From positions 2,496,001 through 2,560,000 of the forward strand of contig CP170459.1 of assembly GCA_047947115.1 (NCBI GenBank): a stretch of 64,000 bases of DNA, given 5' to 3'. Positions 1 to 10,303 of the stretch are shown here, in pieces. The first letter of the stretch is position 1; each line of letters starts with the position of its first letter. This DNA is from Verrucomicrobiota bacterium. Its GTDB lineage: Bacteria > Verrucomicrobiota > Verrucomicrobiia > Limisphaerales > AAA164-E04. A model generated the notes under the pieces. That model was not told where the DNA came from. It made no database searches and saw only the letters and a program-made list of their open reading frames with translations. A program made the translations under genes and the position numbers.

Positions 1-211
1 CGCAGTTCGGTGTTGCTGCTTGTAGCGCCAGCTCGGATCCCTCCGCAATATTTTGTCGCCCGCTGCGTGCTGCCTGGATCATTTGGTCCACTGTACGGGA
101 GCGCGCGTTGAGGAATTTTTCGCAAAACCAGTAAGTGGCGTCGTAGATGATCGTTGCCGTTTGGAAGCTGCGCAGTTTTCGGTAGCCGCCGCTTTTTCTG
201 ATGCGTGGCAT
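1..211 (-). CDS. Four-helix-bundle (23S rRNA IVS protein-like, 'four helix bundle suffix domain' type) protein, 5' part; runs off the window, probable frameshift near nt 35
   Basis: Not in the ORF track. Manual translation from ATG 211 gives MPRIRKSGGYRKLRSFQTATIIYDATYWFCEKFLNARSRTVDQMIQAARSGRQNIAEGS, matching the family pattern DQMxQAARSGxQNIAEG. The expected continuation RAGATSSNTELR lies in a shifted frame. Confidence 0.75.
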   Translation of the reverse strand, partial: MPRIRKSGGYRKLRSFQTATIIYDATYWFCEKFLNARSRTVDQMIQAARSGRQNIAEGSELALQAATPNC

Positions 212-233
212 GTTGGTTCTTTCGTTTTTGGTG

Positions 234-273
234 GATCGGTCGGATCAGTCGGATCGGACTGATCCGACCGATC
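234..273. repeat. Perfect 17-bp-stem hairpin built from 9-bp GGATCRGTC units; possible terminator or stabiliser after prfC
   Basis: gatcggtcggatcagtc (234-250), loop ggatcg, gactgatccgaccgatc (257-273); lies 3 nt beyond the prfC stop. Confidence 0.85.
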
Positions 274-276
274 GTT

Positions 277-1899
277 TTACTCCTCAACGTGACGAGTGAG
301 GATTTCCATGCTTTCGGGGGGGAGGGTAGAGAGTTTCATGCCTCCGTTGGTTTCGGAGAAATAGCTTGCCGCCCAGTCGGAGTCAAATAGCGCCACGGGG
401 TGTTCGTTGCCGTCGTAGGCGATTTTCGTACCTGTGGGGAGTTGCAGGTTGTCCAGATCGGATTCCTCCAGTTCGACCGGCAGCCAGCGAATGACCGACC
501 AAGGGGCGGTTTCAAGTCGTGATTCGGCTCCGTATTCGGATTCCAGGCGGTACTGCACGACCTCGAACTGAAGTTGTCCCACTGCCGCGAGCAGGGGGAT
601 GCGTGTCAATGCATCCCGGACTTGGAGGACCTGTATGACGCCTTCCTGCAGGAGCTGGTCCAGGCCTTGACGGAATTGTTTGAATTTTGCCGTGTTCGGA
701 TTGTGAAGATAGGCAAAACATTCCGGTGTGAAGATGGGGATTTCCCGATATTGAATTGAGGGATCGGTTGTTAATGTGTCCCCAATGCCGTAATCGTTCA
801 GTCCCACGAGTCCTACGATATCCCCTGGGTAAGCGTCATTGACAGTTTCTCGTTCGTTGCCGAACAGTTTGTGTGAGCTGGCCAGGCGGACTTTCTTGCC
901 GGAACGCGGGTGGATGACGGTCATGTCGCGTTCGAATTTTCCTGAACAAATACGGGCAAACATAATGCGATCCCTATGTTTTGGGTCCATGTTGGCCTGG
1001 ATTTTAAAGATGAATGCGGAAAAGGCTTCATGGTCCGTCGGGATGATTTTTTCTTCTGATTTGCGCGCTGCCGGGGGCGGGGAGTATTGAAGGAATCCCT
1101 TGAGCAACAGTTCGACTCCGAAGTTGTTCATGGCGCTGCCGAAGAACACTGGGGTTATGGCCCCGGAATAGACCGATTGGACATCAAAGGATTCACCGGC
1201 CAGATTGAGCATTTCGACTTCTTCTTTGAGTTTGTCATGCATTTCGGCATTCATTTGGTTCCGGATGATGTCTGCATCCAGATCCCCGACTGATTCCGGA
1301 GCGCGATAAAGTCCGCCTGCTGTGCGTTCGAACAGATGCACCTCCTTTTTGAGCCGATCAAACACGCCTTTGAAATCAACCCCGGTGCCGATGGGCCAGT
1401 TGACCGGGAATGACCCGATACCCAACACGCGTTCCAGTTCGTCCAGCAGTTCCAGCGGATCTTTCGTCGGCCGGTCGCACTTGTTCATGAAAGTGAAGAT
1501 CGGGATGCCGCGGCGTCGGCAGATTTCGAAGAGTTTCTGGGTCTGGGCCTCAATTCCTTTTGCGGCGTCGATCACCATGACCACGCCGTCCACCGCTGTG
1601 AGCACTCGGTAGGTATCCTCGGAAAAATCCTTGTGTCCTGGAGTGTCCAGCAGGTTGATGGCAAAGTCTTCGTATTCGAATTGCAGCACGGTGGAACTGA
1701 TCGAGATCCCGCGTTTGCGCTCCAGCTCCATCCAGTCCGATGTCGAGGCGCGCTGGTGTTTGCGGGCGGTGACCGAGCCGGCAAGGTGAACGGCTCCCCC
1801 GTACAGCAGCAGTTTTTCCGTCAGCGTGGTTTTACCTGCGTCCGGATGAGAGATGATCGCAAAGGTGCGTCGGCGTTGAATTTCTTTCTGAAAACTCAC
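277..1899 (-). CDS. prfC: Peptide chain release factor 3
   Basis: RRTFAIISHPDAGKTTLTEKLLL, SDWMELERKRGISI, DTPGHKDFSEDTYR, NKCD, FKIQANMDPKHRDR. Likely start is GTG 1899 (540 aa); the ORF-track extension to 2121 overlaps the upstream gene. Confidence 0.97.
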   Translation of the reverse strand: MSFQKEIQRRRTFAIISHPDAGKTTLTEKLLLYGGAVHLAGSVTARKHQRASTSDWMELERKRGISISSTVLQFEYEDFAINLLDTPGHKDFSEDTYRVLTAVDGVVMVIDAAKGIEAQTQKLFEICRRRGIPIFTFMNKCDRPTKDPLELLDELERVLGIGSFPVNWPIGTGVDFKGVFDRLKKEVHLFERTAGGLYRAPESVGDLDADIIRNQMNAEMHDKLKEEVEMLNLAGESFDVQSVYSGAITPVFFGSAMNNFGVELLLKGFLQYSPPPAARKSEEKIIPTDHEAFSAFIFKIQANMDPKHRDRIMFARICSGKFERDMTVIHPRSGKKVRLASSHKLFGNERETVNDAYPGDIVGLVGLNDYGIGDTLTTDPSIQYREIPIFTPECFAYLHNPNTAKFKQFRQGLDQLLQEGVIQVLQVRDALTRIPLLAAVGQLQFEVVQYRLESEYGAESRLETAPWSVIRWLPVELEESDLDNLQLPTGTKIAYDGNEHPVALFDSDWAASYFSETNGGMKLSTLPPESMEILTRHVEE

Positions 1900-1922
1900 A
1901 AGGCGGCGTAGCGTAACAGGAT

Positions 1923-4900
1923 TTAGCCGAGGAACAAGCTGGAATCGGAAGTTCCGGCAGTCGATTTGGACGGGGAGCCGGGTTTGCCCGGGTGATTCAG
2001 TTTTCTCCACACGCGCAACGCTTCGGAAACACTCCATGCCTGCGCATCGCATCCTCGCTGGGTGTGTGGTGCGTCTCCATCGGCGATTTCGGGTAGTTGT
2101 CCGGAGCATCCTTCCTTCCAAAAATAGGTCATGCTGGCCAGATAATCCTTTGCGGCTTTTTGGGCTGAAGGATCATCGGGCCATGCTTCGCTCAGGGCTT
2201 CGCAAAAGGTGGGAAATGTCCACAGCCACGCAGTTCCGTTGTGGTAGGCCGGTTTGCGTCGGGTGTCCTCGTCGCCTTCGTATCGCCCCCAATATGGAAA
2301 GGCCGGGTTGTTCAATAAATCACCGTGTTTTCCGTATATCGGCAAATGGGGCACGACTGGAAGCGGTGCCAGCGAGCGTAACGCTCCAGGGATGATCAGA
2401 TGCTTGCGGGCGGCCTCGACGGTTGACCGGGCTTTGTCCTGGTCAAGACAGCCCAGGCTCACCGTCCAGAGACAATTGCTGCGTAATGCCTGATCGCGCA
2501 GGGCGTCTTTTGCTGAAGTTCCTTTGGACGCGATCAACACATCTGCCGGCCAACCTTTCTCCTTCAGCCAGAACAGTCGGTTGAAGGATGATTTCGCCAG
2601 TTCCAGCCAATGACTCCAGGTTTGAGTGGGCGGCTGCATGTATGGATGGGGCGAGGATGTTGTTTCATCTTGTTCGGCCAATCGTGTCAGATGATTCAGA
2701 AGGCGGATCCATAGGGCTTGTATTTCCACCGGATAGCCTTCTCGGGGGGTGCCGGCGGGATAATTGGTATCCATCCATGTAAAGTGGCTGGGACTCCATA
2801 CCAATCCGCTGTGTGCGTCCATGCGGATGCCATTGGGGGCACCTTTCATGATGCCGCCGGCGATGCGGAACAATACTTCACGGATGGTGCGGCCACTGGA
2901 ATCCACCTGGGTTTGGTAAAAATCAGTCCCTTTCAAAGCAGCTGTTTCTTCGCAGAGAACGCCGTACCACAGGGGAGCGTCGGATGTGTCGCGATTGGAC
3001 GCGTTTTCACCATGAATGGTATTGGGCAGGGTGCCATGGGATTCGAAGCGTCCGAAGACTTTCAAAAGTTTTACAACGTCTTCGACCATTCCTGCGCTCA
3101 GCATGCCGCGTGCGGCGATGAGCGAGTCGCGCCCCCAATCGAGGAACCATGGGTAACCGGCGATCACGGTGCGTCCATCGTCGCGTTTCACCACGAAGGT
3201 TTCCAATGCCTTGACCAGATCGCGGCCCCAGGTGTCGCGCTCGTCGAGATTTGATTGAGCCAGCAGATTTTCGTGGTGATTGATTCGGGATTGAGCGAAT
3301 GACTCGATCGCTTCTTTGTTTGGCCTTTCCTTTTCCGCGCTCGCGACAAAATGTGCCGGTTGATCCGGTGTGAGGGGAAGTTCAAACCAACCGGGACTGA
3401 ATGCGTCCCCATGACCGGTTTGGCCGCGGGTTTGCTCGATGGGGTGGGGGATGCCATGAGCCCATTCAGGGCCTGAATGGTATGAGCCGCTGTCACACCA
3501 GACACTCAAGTGTCGATCATCTGCCGGGGTGAAGTGAAATCCGTTCCGATCTGAATTGGGTTTGCAGTGTTGATTGAAGTGGTGATCGGCGCCGTCGTTG
3601 CGCTGGGTTTCCGAGTGAAAGTTGCGGTCTTCGAGATCAAAGCGAACGGTCAGGCTCACCTTGCATTCTTCAGGGAGTTCGGCACCTGTGGAAACGCGGT
3701 CGCTGGGTCGTGATATTCGCAGTGCAACCGTGTTGGCATGCTGGATCATGTCGACAACCAGGTCCAATTCCACGGAGCGTCCATTGCCTGCCGGAGCAAA
3801 GAAACGCCACTTTGCAGGAGGCCCGGCTTCAAATCGAAGGAGCGCCTGCCGGTTGAGGGGCGTGATGAATCCGTCGGCATTCACCCACATTCGAACGCGT
3901 TTGATGAAAACATGGCGGTCTACCGGCAATGAGCCGTGCAGATTGGCTCCCAGTAAACAGTCATACTTGGATTCAATAACCTCCAATCCGGCATGCATGC
4001 GTGCCATGGCCCCGCGACCATTTGTCAGGAGTGTACGATGATCGTTCCCGGAACTGAGTGCGCGGATCTGGTCTGCGTCATAGACGTAGAATCGCGCCTG
4101 GATCGTCTGTTGCGGTGAGCTGTAGATTTGGAGCTCCAGGTCCAAAGCTCCCTGCATGTCGGTCCAGTAGGCCGCGACGTGTCCGTCCTGCACAGGGACG
4201 GATTCCATGTGAATGGGGCACGCTGCGTGGCCTGGGCGCCATCGCAGGCGAAAGGGATGTTTTTCCCTGACCACGATCCAATGGCGGACAGGAACCGGAG
4301 TGACTCTTGGTCGATCCTGGCTGTTCCAGGTCACGACGTTTTGATAAAGAGCCCCGTTTGCTTTTTCTATTGATTCCGGTTGGAATTTGCTTCGGGAGAT
4401 TTCAGTCAACCATGTTTCCAGTGATTGATGGATGTTCTCGGCTGCTTCTTCCCAATCCAGCAAGGGTGTGGATTCAATCGGATGAATCTGACTGAGGCAG
4501 CGGAGGGCTAGCGCCGCTTGAGCGCGTTTGGCGCGATATTGTTTTCCGGTATCGATGGCCGGTGACGGGTTGTGAGAAAGGCAAAAAACAGCGCCCGGCG
4601 GAAGGATTAATTTCCAATTCTCCTTTTCAATGACCCATTCCAGATCCTCCTCTTGTCCCAGCAATTCATGATTGGGAAGAGTGTTTGTTTTCCAGCCAAA
4701 GAAGGAGGCTTCGAAAGTCGCGGTTTGAGATTGCGTGTCGTCTGTGTTGGCGATGATCCATACCTGATCCTGTTTTTCGCGCGAGAGACGTTCGAGGACA
4801 TAAACAGCTTGGTTGTCAGAGGAATGTGCGGTCAGGTGAGAACCGTCAAAGAAGCATGGATGGGAACTGATCAGTCGGTTGAGTTTGGAAAGTTCCTCGA

Positions 4901-6329
4901 CGATGTTTTCCTCGGCGCCCCAGTTCATGCCGGTGCATTCATGCACGATGATTTTTTCGGGCGCGAGCCACTCAACGCCACAGGTGAAACCAAATCCGCC
5001 ATTGAAGCTGGTCAAGCCGCACAGTCGATTTCTGAGAAGTGACCACACCCGGCTTTTGGCGGCCAGTCGACTGTTGTCATGTGTTTCGCTGTAATGCACC
5101 AGTGTTCCGACACGCGGGCTTTGGTGGATGCAGTGATTCATGTAACGGTTCACCGAAGGCCCCGGATATTCCTGGAACAGCTCTGAGTAAGCCCACTGCA
5201 TGCCTCCCTCTTTCAGTAATGATTCGGTCGCTTCCCAGGCACCTCCCAGACCTTCGAGGAGGAAGATGGTGTCGGGGTACTCTTCGCGTACTCTTGCGGT
5301 GATGTATTGCCATGCTTCGACCGGAACCATGTAGCCGGCGTCGCAGCGAAATCCGTCCACGCCGCGTTGACACCAGGTCAGGAACACGTCTGCCAGGTAT
5401 TTCCAAATGTCCGGGTTTTTATGACGCAACTCCACCAGGTCACCCCAGGTGTTTCCCCATGCGCCCGGACTAATGAATTTGCCCGAGGGCTCGCGTTCAT
5501 ACCATTCGGGATGGTTTTCAAAAATGTCGGCTCCCCATCCGGTGTGGTTGGCCACCAGATCGATGAACAAACGGGCGCCTTTGGCATGGACGGCATCGGC
5601 CAGTTCGCGGAATTGATCCAGTCCGGTGGAGTGATGGTCAAATTCCACCAGCGCAGGATCAATGGCCATGAGGTTTTGGGCTGCGTAGGGACTTCCGAAA
5701 CGACCGAATCGTGCGAAGGTCGTCGGGGTTGGGTTGATGGGCAGCAGATGGATGATGCGGCAACCCAGGGTGTCAACGATGTGGGGAAGTTCTTCGATCA
5801 GGTCCCTGATTTTTCCCGAAGGAGGAATGACGGAATATCCTTTTGAATCGAGTGGTTGAAGGTGTTCGTTGGTACGTTCGGCTTCGGTGTTGGATTTGTG
5901 TTTGGATTCCCCGAAAAGGCGGATCCATGCACAATATATGGTGTTTGCGCTTCGTGTGAAATCGGGATGAACCGAGATGCCCGTGTTGGGGCCTTCAGGC
6001 CAGGTTTGGCGGTGGCCTTTATCGACCAGGTAAGGTTTGGCCTGAAAGAATCCCACCTGGCTTAAAGGCAATTCCACTGTCCAACGGTCCGTTTCCCACT
6101 TCATCGGGATGTCCTGCCAGGAGAACAATGCCAGAGCATTTTCTCCTGAGGTGCGTTGCATGATTTCTTTGCGAAGCACCTCGGCACGTCCCAGGTTGGT
6201 GCGCAGGAATGCCTGGTGGGTGGTCTGGTTTTGATTCAATTCACCGGGGCTGATTTCGAATCGTTGCCAATCGCCCACATAAGCGACTTGGCACTCGCCC
6301 GGGGATGGCTGCATGGAAGGTGTGTTCAT
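1923..6329 (-). CDS. Glycogen debranching enzyme: GH13 alpha-amylase-type domain fused to amylo-alpha-1,6-glucosidase (GDE N and C domains)
   Basis: GH13 conserved regions DLVANH, GFRCDAGY, LLEG, ETHDN. C-terminal IAGYPWFLDWGRD, TWMDT, PVEIQALW, YHNGTAW, GCDAQAWS. Confidence 0.9.
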   Translation of the reverse strand: MNTPSMQPSPGECQVAYVGDWQRFEISPGELNQNQTTHQAFLRTNLGRAEVLRKEIMQRTSGENALALFSWQDIPMKWETDRWTVELPLSQVGFFQAKPYLVDKGHRQTWPEGPNTGISVHPDFTRSANTIYCAWIRLFGESKHKSNTEAERTNEHLQPLDSKGYSVIPPSGKIRDLIEELPHIVDTLGCRIIHLLPINPTPTTFARFGRFGSPYAAQNLMAIDPALVEFDHHSTGLDQFRELADAVHAKGARLFIDLVANHTGWGADIFENHPEWYEREPSGKFISPGAWGNTWGDLVELRHKNPDIWKYLADVFLTWCQRGVDGFRCDAGYMVPVEAWQYITARVREEYPDTIFLLEGLGGAWEATESLLKEGGMQWAYSELFQEYPGPSVNRYMNHCIHQSPRVGTLVHYSETHDNSRLAAKSRVWSLLRNRLCGLTSFNGGFGFTCGVEWLAPEKIIVHECTGMNWGAEENIVEELSKLNRLISSHPCFFDGSHLTAHSSDNQAVYVLERLSREKQDQVWIIANTDDTQSQTATFEASFFGWKTNTLPNHELLGQEEDLEWVIEKENWKLILPPGAVFCLSHNPSPAIDTGKQYRAKRAQAALALRCLSQIHPIESTPLLDWEEAAENIHQSLETWLTEISRSKFQPESIEKANGALYQNVVTWNSQDRPRVTPVPVRHWIVVREKHPFRLRWRPGHAACPIHMESVPVQDGHVAAYWTDMQGALDLELQIYSSPQQTIQARFYVYDADQIRALSSGNDHRTLLTNGRGAMARMHAGLEVIESKYDCLLGANLHGSLPVDRHVFIKRVRMWVNADGFITPLNRQALLRFEAGPPAKWRFFAPAGNGRSVELDLVVDMIQHANTVALRISRPSDRVSTGAELPEECKVSLTVRFDLEDRNFHSETQRNDGADHHFNQHCKPNSDRNGFHFTPADDRHLSVWCDSGSYHSGPEWAHGIPHPIEQTRGQTGHGDAFSPGWFELPLTPDQPAHFVASAEKERPNKEAIESFAQSRINHHENLLAQSNLDERDTWGRDLVKALETFVVKRDDGRTVIAGYPWFLDWGRDSLIAARGMLSAGMVEDVVKLLKVFGRFESHGTLPNTIHGENASNRDTSDAPLWYGVLCEETAALKGTDFYQTQVDSSGRTIREVLFRIAGGIMKGAPNGIRMDAHSGLVWSPSHFTWMDTNYPAGTPREGYPVEIQALWIRLLNHLTRLAEQDETTSSPHPYMQPPTQTWSHWLELAKSSFNRLFWLKEKGWPADVLIASKGTSAKDALRDQALRSNCLWTVSLGCLDQDKARSTVEAARKHLIIPGALRSLAPLPVVPHLPIYGKHGDLLNNPAFPYWGRYEGDEDTRRKPAYHNGTAWLWTFPTFCEALSEAWPDDPSAQKAAKDYLASMTYFWKEGCSGQLPEIADGDAPHTQRGCDAQAWSVSEALRVWRKLNHPGKPGSPSKSTAGTSDSSLFLG

Positions 6330-6453
6330 TCGGGGGAAACTCGTTTAGTCATTCAAAAGAAAGGAACCCGAGATTCTTTCCAAAGGAAGCTTCGGGACAG
6401 CTTGGGAACCATTTTTTGTACGGTCCTGTTCTGTAGTTGCAAAGGGTGTCAGC

Positions 6454-7407
6454 TCAAGCCATCAGAGGTTTAAGTTCCTCAATATGGCGGGGGATGGCGC
6501 GCCATGGATCTTCCGCAGCCTCGTACTCCAGCACGACGAAGCCCTGATAATTGGCTTCCTTCAGGATATTGACCAATCGGGGCAGGTCGGAAGGTCGTTT
6601 TTGCTGACCGCGCGGAGCGATTTCGACTTTCAACTGCACGTTCACTGCGTATGGGGCACACTTGACCAGATCTCCGTAGGGATCGTCGGTGTGGAAATTT
6701 CCGGTGTCCAGGTTGATGCCCAGCCAGGGACTGTCGATGCCCTTGACGATTTCGATCAAAGGATCAGCTTCGGCTACGATGCCGCCGTGGTTTTCAATTC
6801 CAAGAAAAACCCCTTTCTTGGCGGCGTAATCGCAGCATGCTTTCAGGCCCTCGATGCAGCGGACGACAGCTTCTTTCCAGGATTCGTTCCTGGGAGCGTT
6901 CCCGGCAAACACCCGGATATGAGGTGCTCCCATGACAGCTGCGCGATCGATCCATTGTTTGACATGACTGATTTGCTCGTTTCGTTCCTTACCGGGGAAA
7001 TCCGTGAATTGGTTTCCAACCGCGGTTCCACTGATTGCCACTCCTCGCATGAAAGCGTGATGTTTGAGTTTCAGGAGAAACGCATCACTGATTTCTGCAG
7101 GAAAATAATAGCTGGTCAGCTCCGCCCCTTCACATCCGAGATCGGCGCAAAACGAGATAAAGTCGAACAAATCGATCTGGCGAGATTCGGGGGGAAGGTT
7201 TTGGCGTGGGTGGCTGGCATCCTTGAAATAATCTCGGAGGGAGTAGGCTGCCAGACCCAGTTTCAAGTTAGGTTTGCCGGGACGATTGAATGCATCAACT
7301 GCATTCAGGCTGAAAGGCGAGGCCAAGCTTCCGGCCAAAGTGGCCAGGGATCCCATGGCTGCATTTTCCAGGAATTGTCGTCGTGAGGCAGTGTGTTTTG
7401 GCGGCAT
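6454..7407 (-). CDS. Tat-exported sugar phosphate isomerase/epimerase (xylose isomerase-like TIM barrel)
   Basis: SRRQFL twin-arginine motif after Met at 7407; IENHGG, NLDTGNF and VLEYE metal-binding motifs. Confidence 0.85.
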   Translation of the reverse strand: MPPKHTASRRQFLENAAMGSLATLAGSLASPFSLNAVDAFNRPGKPNLKLGLAAYSLRDYFKDASHPRQNLPPESRQIDLFDFISFCADLGCEGAELTSYYFPAEISDAFLLKLKHHAFMRGVAISGTAVGNQFTDFPGKERNEQISHVKQWIDRAAVMGAPHIRVFAGNAPRNESWKEAVVRCIEGLKACCDYAAKKGVFLGIENHGGIVAEADPLIEIVKGIDSPWLGINLDTGNFHTDDPYGDLVKCAPYAVNVQLKVEIAPRGQQKRPSDLPRLVNILKEANYQGFVVLEYEAAEDPWRAIPRHIEELKPLMA

Positions 7408-7474
7408 GATGGTTGATCTGGTTGTCAGGTTAATGAGTGTGTTGTAATTTTTCGGAGTAGACCTTGTGAATTGT

Positions 7475-8437
7475 TCATGCCTCCACAAATCGTCCTAATG
7501 ATCTGAATTTGGAATACCTATTCTTCATCAGATCTTCTTTGCTTGTGGATAGCAGGCCGCTCAGTGTGGATTTCAGTGTGGATTTGATCGAGTCAGCGAC
7601 AATATCCACATCATTCTGTGCCCCGCCTAGTGGTTCTGGAATAATGTCATCCACCAGCTTGAGTGATTGCAGTTGATCTGCTGTGATACGCAATGACTCA
7701 GCGGCTTTCGGGATGGCCGATTGGTTCTTCCAAAGAATGGCAGCGCAACCCTCGGGGCTGATGACCGAGTAATAGGCATTTTCGAGTATCAGCACCTTAT
7801 CCGCGACGCCAATCCCTAATGCGCCACCGGATCCACCTTCTCCAATGACAATTGCGATGACGGGGACTTCCAGCAGCATCATCTCGCGGAGATTGACCGC
7901 AATGGCCTCGGCGATGTGCCTTTCCTCAGCCCCGATGCCGGGGTAAGCGCCGGCGGTATCAATAAACGCCACGATCGGCAGGCTGAATTTATCAGCCATT
8001 TTCATGAGTCGCAGTGCTTTGCGGTAACCTTCAGGATGAGCGGAACCGAAATTCCTCATGATGTTCTCTTTGGTGTCCCGCCCCTTCTGGGTACCGACCA
8101 CCATGACCTTCTGGTTGTCCAGTGAGGCGAACCCGCCCACCATGGCTCGATCATCTCCAAATAAACGATCCCCATGGAGTTCCGAAAAATCGGAAAAAAT
8201 GTGGTGGATGTAGTCCAAGGTGTAGGGGCGTTTGGGGTGACGGGCCAACTGAACGCGCTGATGGGCGTTCAAATTGGAGAAAATCTGTTCGCGTGTTTCT
8301 TGTATCTTCTTTTCGATCAACGCGATTTCTTCCTGAAAACTGATTGCCAGGGAGCTGGTTTCCTCATGGCGTTTGAGTTCTTCCAGCTTCCTTTGCAGTT
8401 CCGCAACCGGCTTTTCAAATTCGAGATAATACTTCAT
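7475..8437 (-). CDS. accA: Acetyl-CoA carboxylase carboxyltransferase alpha subunit
   Basis: YLEFEKP, ARHPKRP, LHGDR, PEGYRKALRLM, IDTAGAYPG, GEGGSGGALG, YSVISPEGCAAILW. Confidence 0.97.
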   Translation of the reverse strand: MKYYLEFEKPVAELQRKLEELKRHEETSSLAISFQEEIALIEKKIQETREQIFSNLNAHQRVQLARHPKRPYTLDYIHHIFSDFSELHGDRLFGDDRAMVGGFASLDNQKVMVVGTQKGRDTKENIMRNFGSAHPEGYRKALRLMKMADKFSLPIVAFIDTAGAYPGIGAEERHIAEAIAVNLREMMLLEVPVIAIVIGEGGSGGALGIGVADKVLILENAYYSVISPEGCAAILWKNQSAIPKAAESLRITADQLQSLKLVDDIIPEPLGGAQNDVDIVADSIKSTLKSTLSGLLSTSKEDLMKNRYSKFRSLGRFVEA

Positions 8438-8736
8438 CGACCTGCGCTTTATACGGTGTTTCGTTCAAAAAGGTAAGTAAAAATAAAAATCAACGAGCAG
8501 TTTGGTTTTCCGGGTCTGTCGGGACGATTTTCACCTCTTGTCATGCTTTCTCCGTGACAACTTGATCGATCTCATAAAATGGAACATGCCAAGCCGGAGG
8601 TCATCGATTGCTTGTGGCGATGCCTCTGCGGCTTGATACAGGTTCGAAGGATGCACTTTAGGATCTGGACCTATGGCAGAGCATGCGCTTCCTTTGATGA
8701 TATTTTATTCTTAGTTGCGCCCAGCCCCGTAATTGC

Positions 8737-10188
8737 TTAGCTCTTTGCCTTCATTCGGTGGTAGGCATCCAATGCCGTTTCTCGTGCGATCGTGTGGTTG
8801 ACAATTGGGACCGGATAGGTTCTGCCGAGTTCAATGCCTGCCATCTTGAGTATCATGGGATCCACGTTCCAGGGAGTGTGGATGTCATTGTCGGAAAGGT
8901 TTGAAATTTCAGGAATCCATTTGCGAATGTAATCCCCATGGGTATCAAATTTCTGACTCTGCATGATGGGATTGAAGATCCGGAAATAGGGAGCGGCATC
9001 GGCACCGCATCCCGCAATCCACTGCCATCCCATGGTGTTATTTGCCAGGTCCGCATCGACCAGAGTGTCCCAGAACCATTCCGCTCCCAGTTTCCAGTCC
9101 AGCAGGAGATGCTTGACCAGAAAGGATCCTACGATCATGCGCACCCGATTGTGCATCCACCCGGTCGCCCACAGCTCGCGCATGCCGGCGTCTACGATGG
9201 GGTAGCCGGTTTGGCCTTTTTGCCAGGCTAGGAGCATGGTCTCATCCTTTCGCCATGGGAAAGTTTCGAATTCCGGTCGCAGTGGACATTTGGTCATGTG
9301 TGGGAAATGGTGGAGCAGGTGATGGGCAAATTCACGCCATCCCACTTCCTTCATATAGGTGGAAAGCATCACCGAGGCTCCCGAACTTTTGGTGCGGCAG
9401 GTTGTCGTTTCCAAATGATGGTAGATCTGCCCTGGAGTAATCTCTCCAAAGTGCAGGTGGGGTGACAGTCTGGATGTACCTGCAATGCCGGGAAAATTCC
9501 GTTTCCCTTCATAGTTCCCGTATGCTTCCGACTGGAATCGCCTGAGCTGAGCCATGGCTTCATTTTCTCCGGGTGCCCAGCTCGCTTGAATGCCCTTGTC
9601 CCAATGGACGGAAGGGAGCAGTCGAAAACTTTCCAGATATTCGGACTTCAGGGTGGTTCCTGGATGCTTCGGCCAGATTGCGGGTGGGGGGAGCGGTCTG
9701 GCGGGTGGGGATTGTTGGCAGAGGTGTTTCCAAAAAGGTGTAAACACTTGAAATGGCTTGCCAGATTTGTTGCGAATGGAACAAGGGTCCCACATGAGTT
9801 GTCCGGGAAAGCTTTTGAGTTCGATACCCGACGGGCTGAGGGCTTTTTGAATGGACGCATCAATGCCCTTCCAGAAAGGATCAAAACTGGTGGAGACATG
9901 AATGCATTGTGCGTTTGTTTCTTTGCAAATCGATTGAAGAATGCTGGCCGGTTCGCCTGTTCGCAGGATCATTTTGCCCCCTAACGAACAAATGGAGGAC
10001 TCCAGGCTTTTTAGCGATTGATGCAGCCACCATTTGGAGGCGCTACCCGTTGCCTGGCTTTCCTTCTCAGAATATATGTAGAGCGGAATGATCGGGCATT
10101 CAGTTTCCATGGCGGCGGATAGAGCCTGATGATCTGATAATCTCAGATCCCGCCGGAACCACATTAGTATGGGAGCTTGTTTGTCCAT
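8737..10188 (-). CDS. phrB: Deoxyribodipyrimidine (CPD class I) photolyase
   Basis: WFRRDLRLSD, TSRLSPHLHFGEI, WREF, GQTGYPIVDAGMRELWATGWMHNRVRM, DAAPYFRIFNP. Start taken at MDKQ. Confidence 0.93.
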   Translation of the reverse strand: MDKQAPILMWFRRDLRLSDHQALSAAMETECPIIPLYIYSEKESQATGSASKWWLHQSLKSLESSICSLGGKMILRTGEPASILQSICKETNAQCIHVSTSFDPFWKGIDASIQKALSPSGIELKSFPGQLMWDPCSIRNKSGKPFQVFTPFWKHLCQQSPPARPLPPPAIWPKHPGTTLKSEYLESFRLLPSVHWDKGIQASWAPGENEAMAQLRRFQSEAYGNYEGKRNFPGIAGTSRLSPHLHFGEITPGQIYHHLETTTCRTKSSGASVMLSTYMKEVGWREFAHHLLHHFPHMTKCPLRPEFETFPWRKDETMLLAWQKGQTGYPIVDAGMRELWATGWMHNRVRMIVGSFLVKHLLLDWKLGAEWFWDTLVDADLANNTMGWQWIAGCGADAAPYFRIFNPIMQSQKFDTHGDYIRKWIPEISNLSDNDIHTPWNVDPMILKMAGIELGRTYPVPIVNHTIARETALDAYHRMKAKS

Positions 10189-10303
10189 TTTTGTCGACTT
10201 TACTGTGCCACGCAAAAACCGTCCTGCAATGAAGAGGACAGTTTTTTGAAAAAATAGTGAACCAGAAAGGGGTGAAACCGGCCGGGCCGATGAGGCAATG
10301 ACT

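Noticed and set aside
1900..2121. 74-aa N-terminal extension of RF3 in the ORF track
   Set aside because: Overlaps the debranching-enzyme gene; RF3 homology begins at GTG 1899.
6484..7386. 300-aa plus-strand ORF
   Set aside because: Antisense shadow of the TIM-barrel gene; no recognisable motifs.
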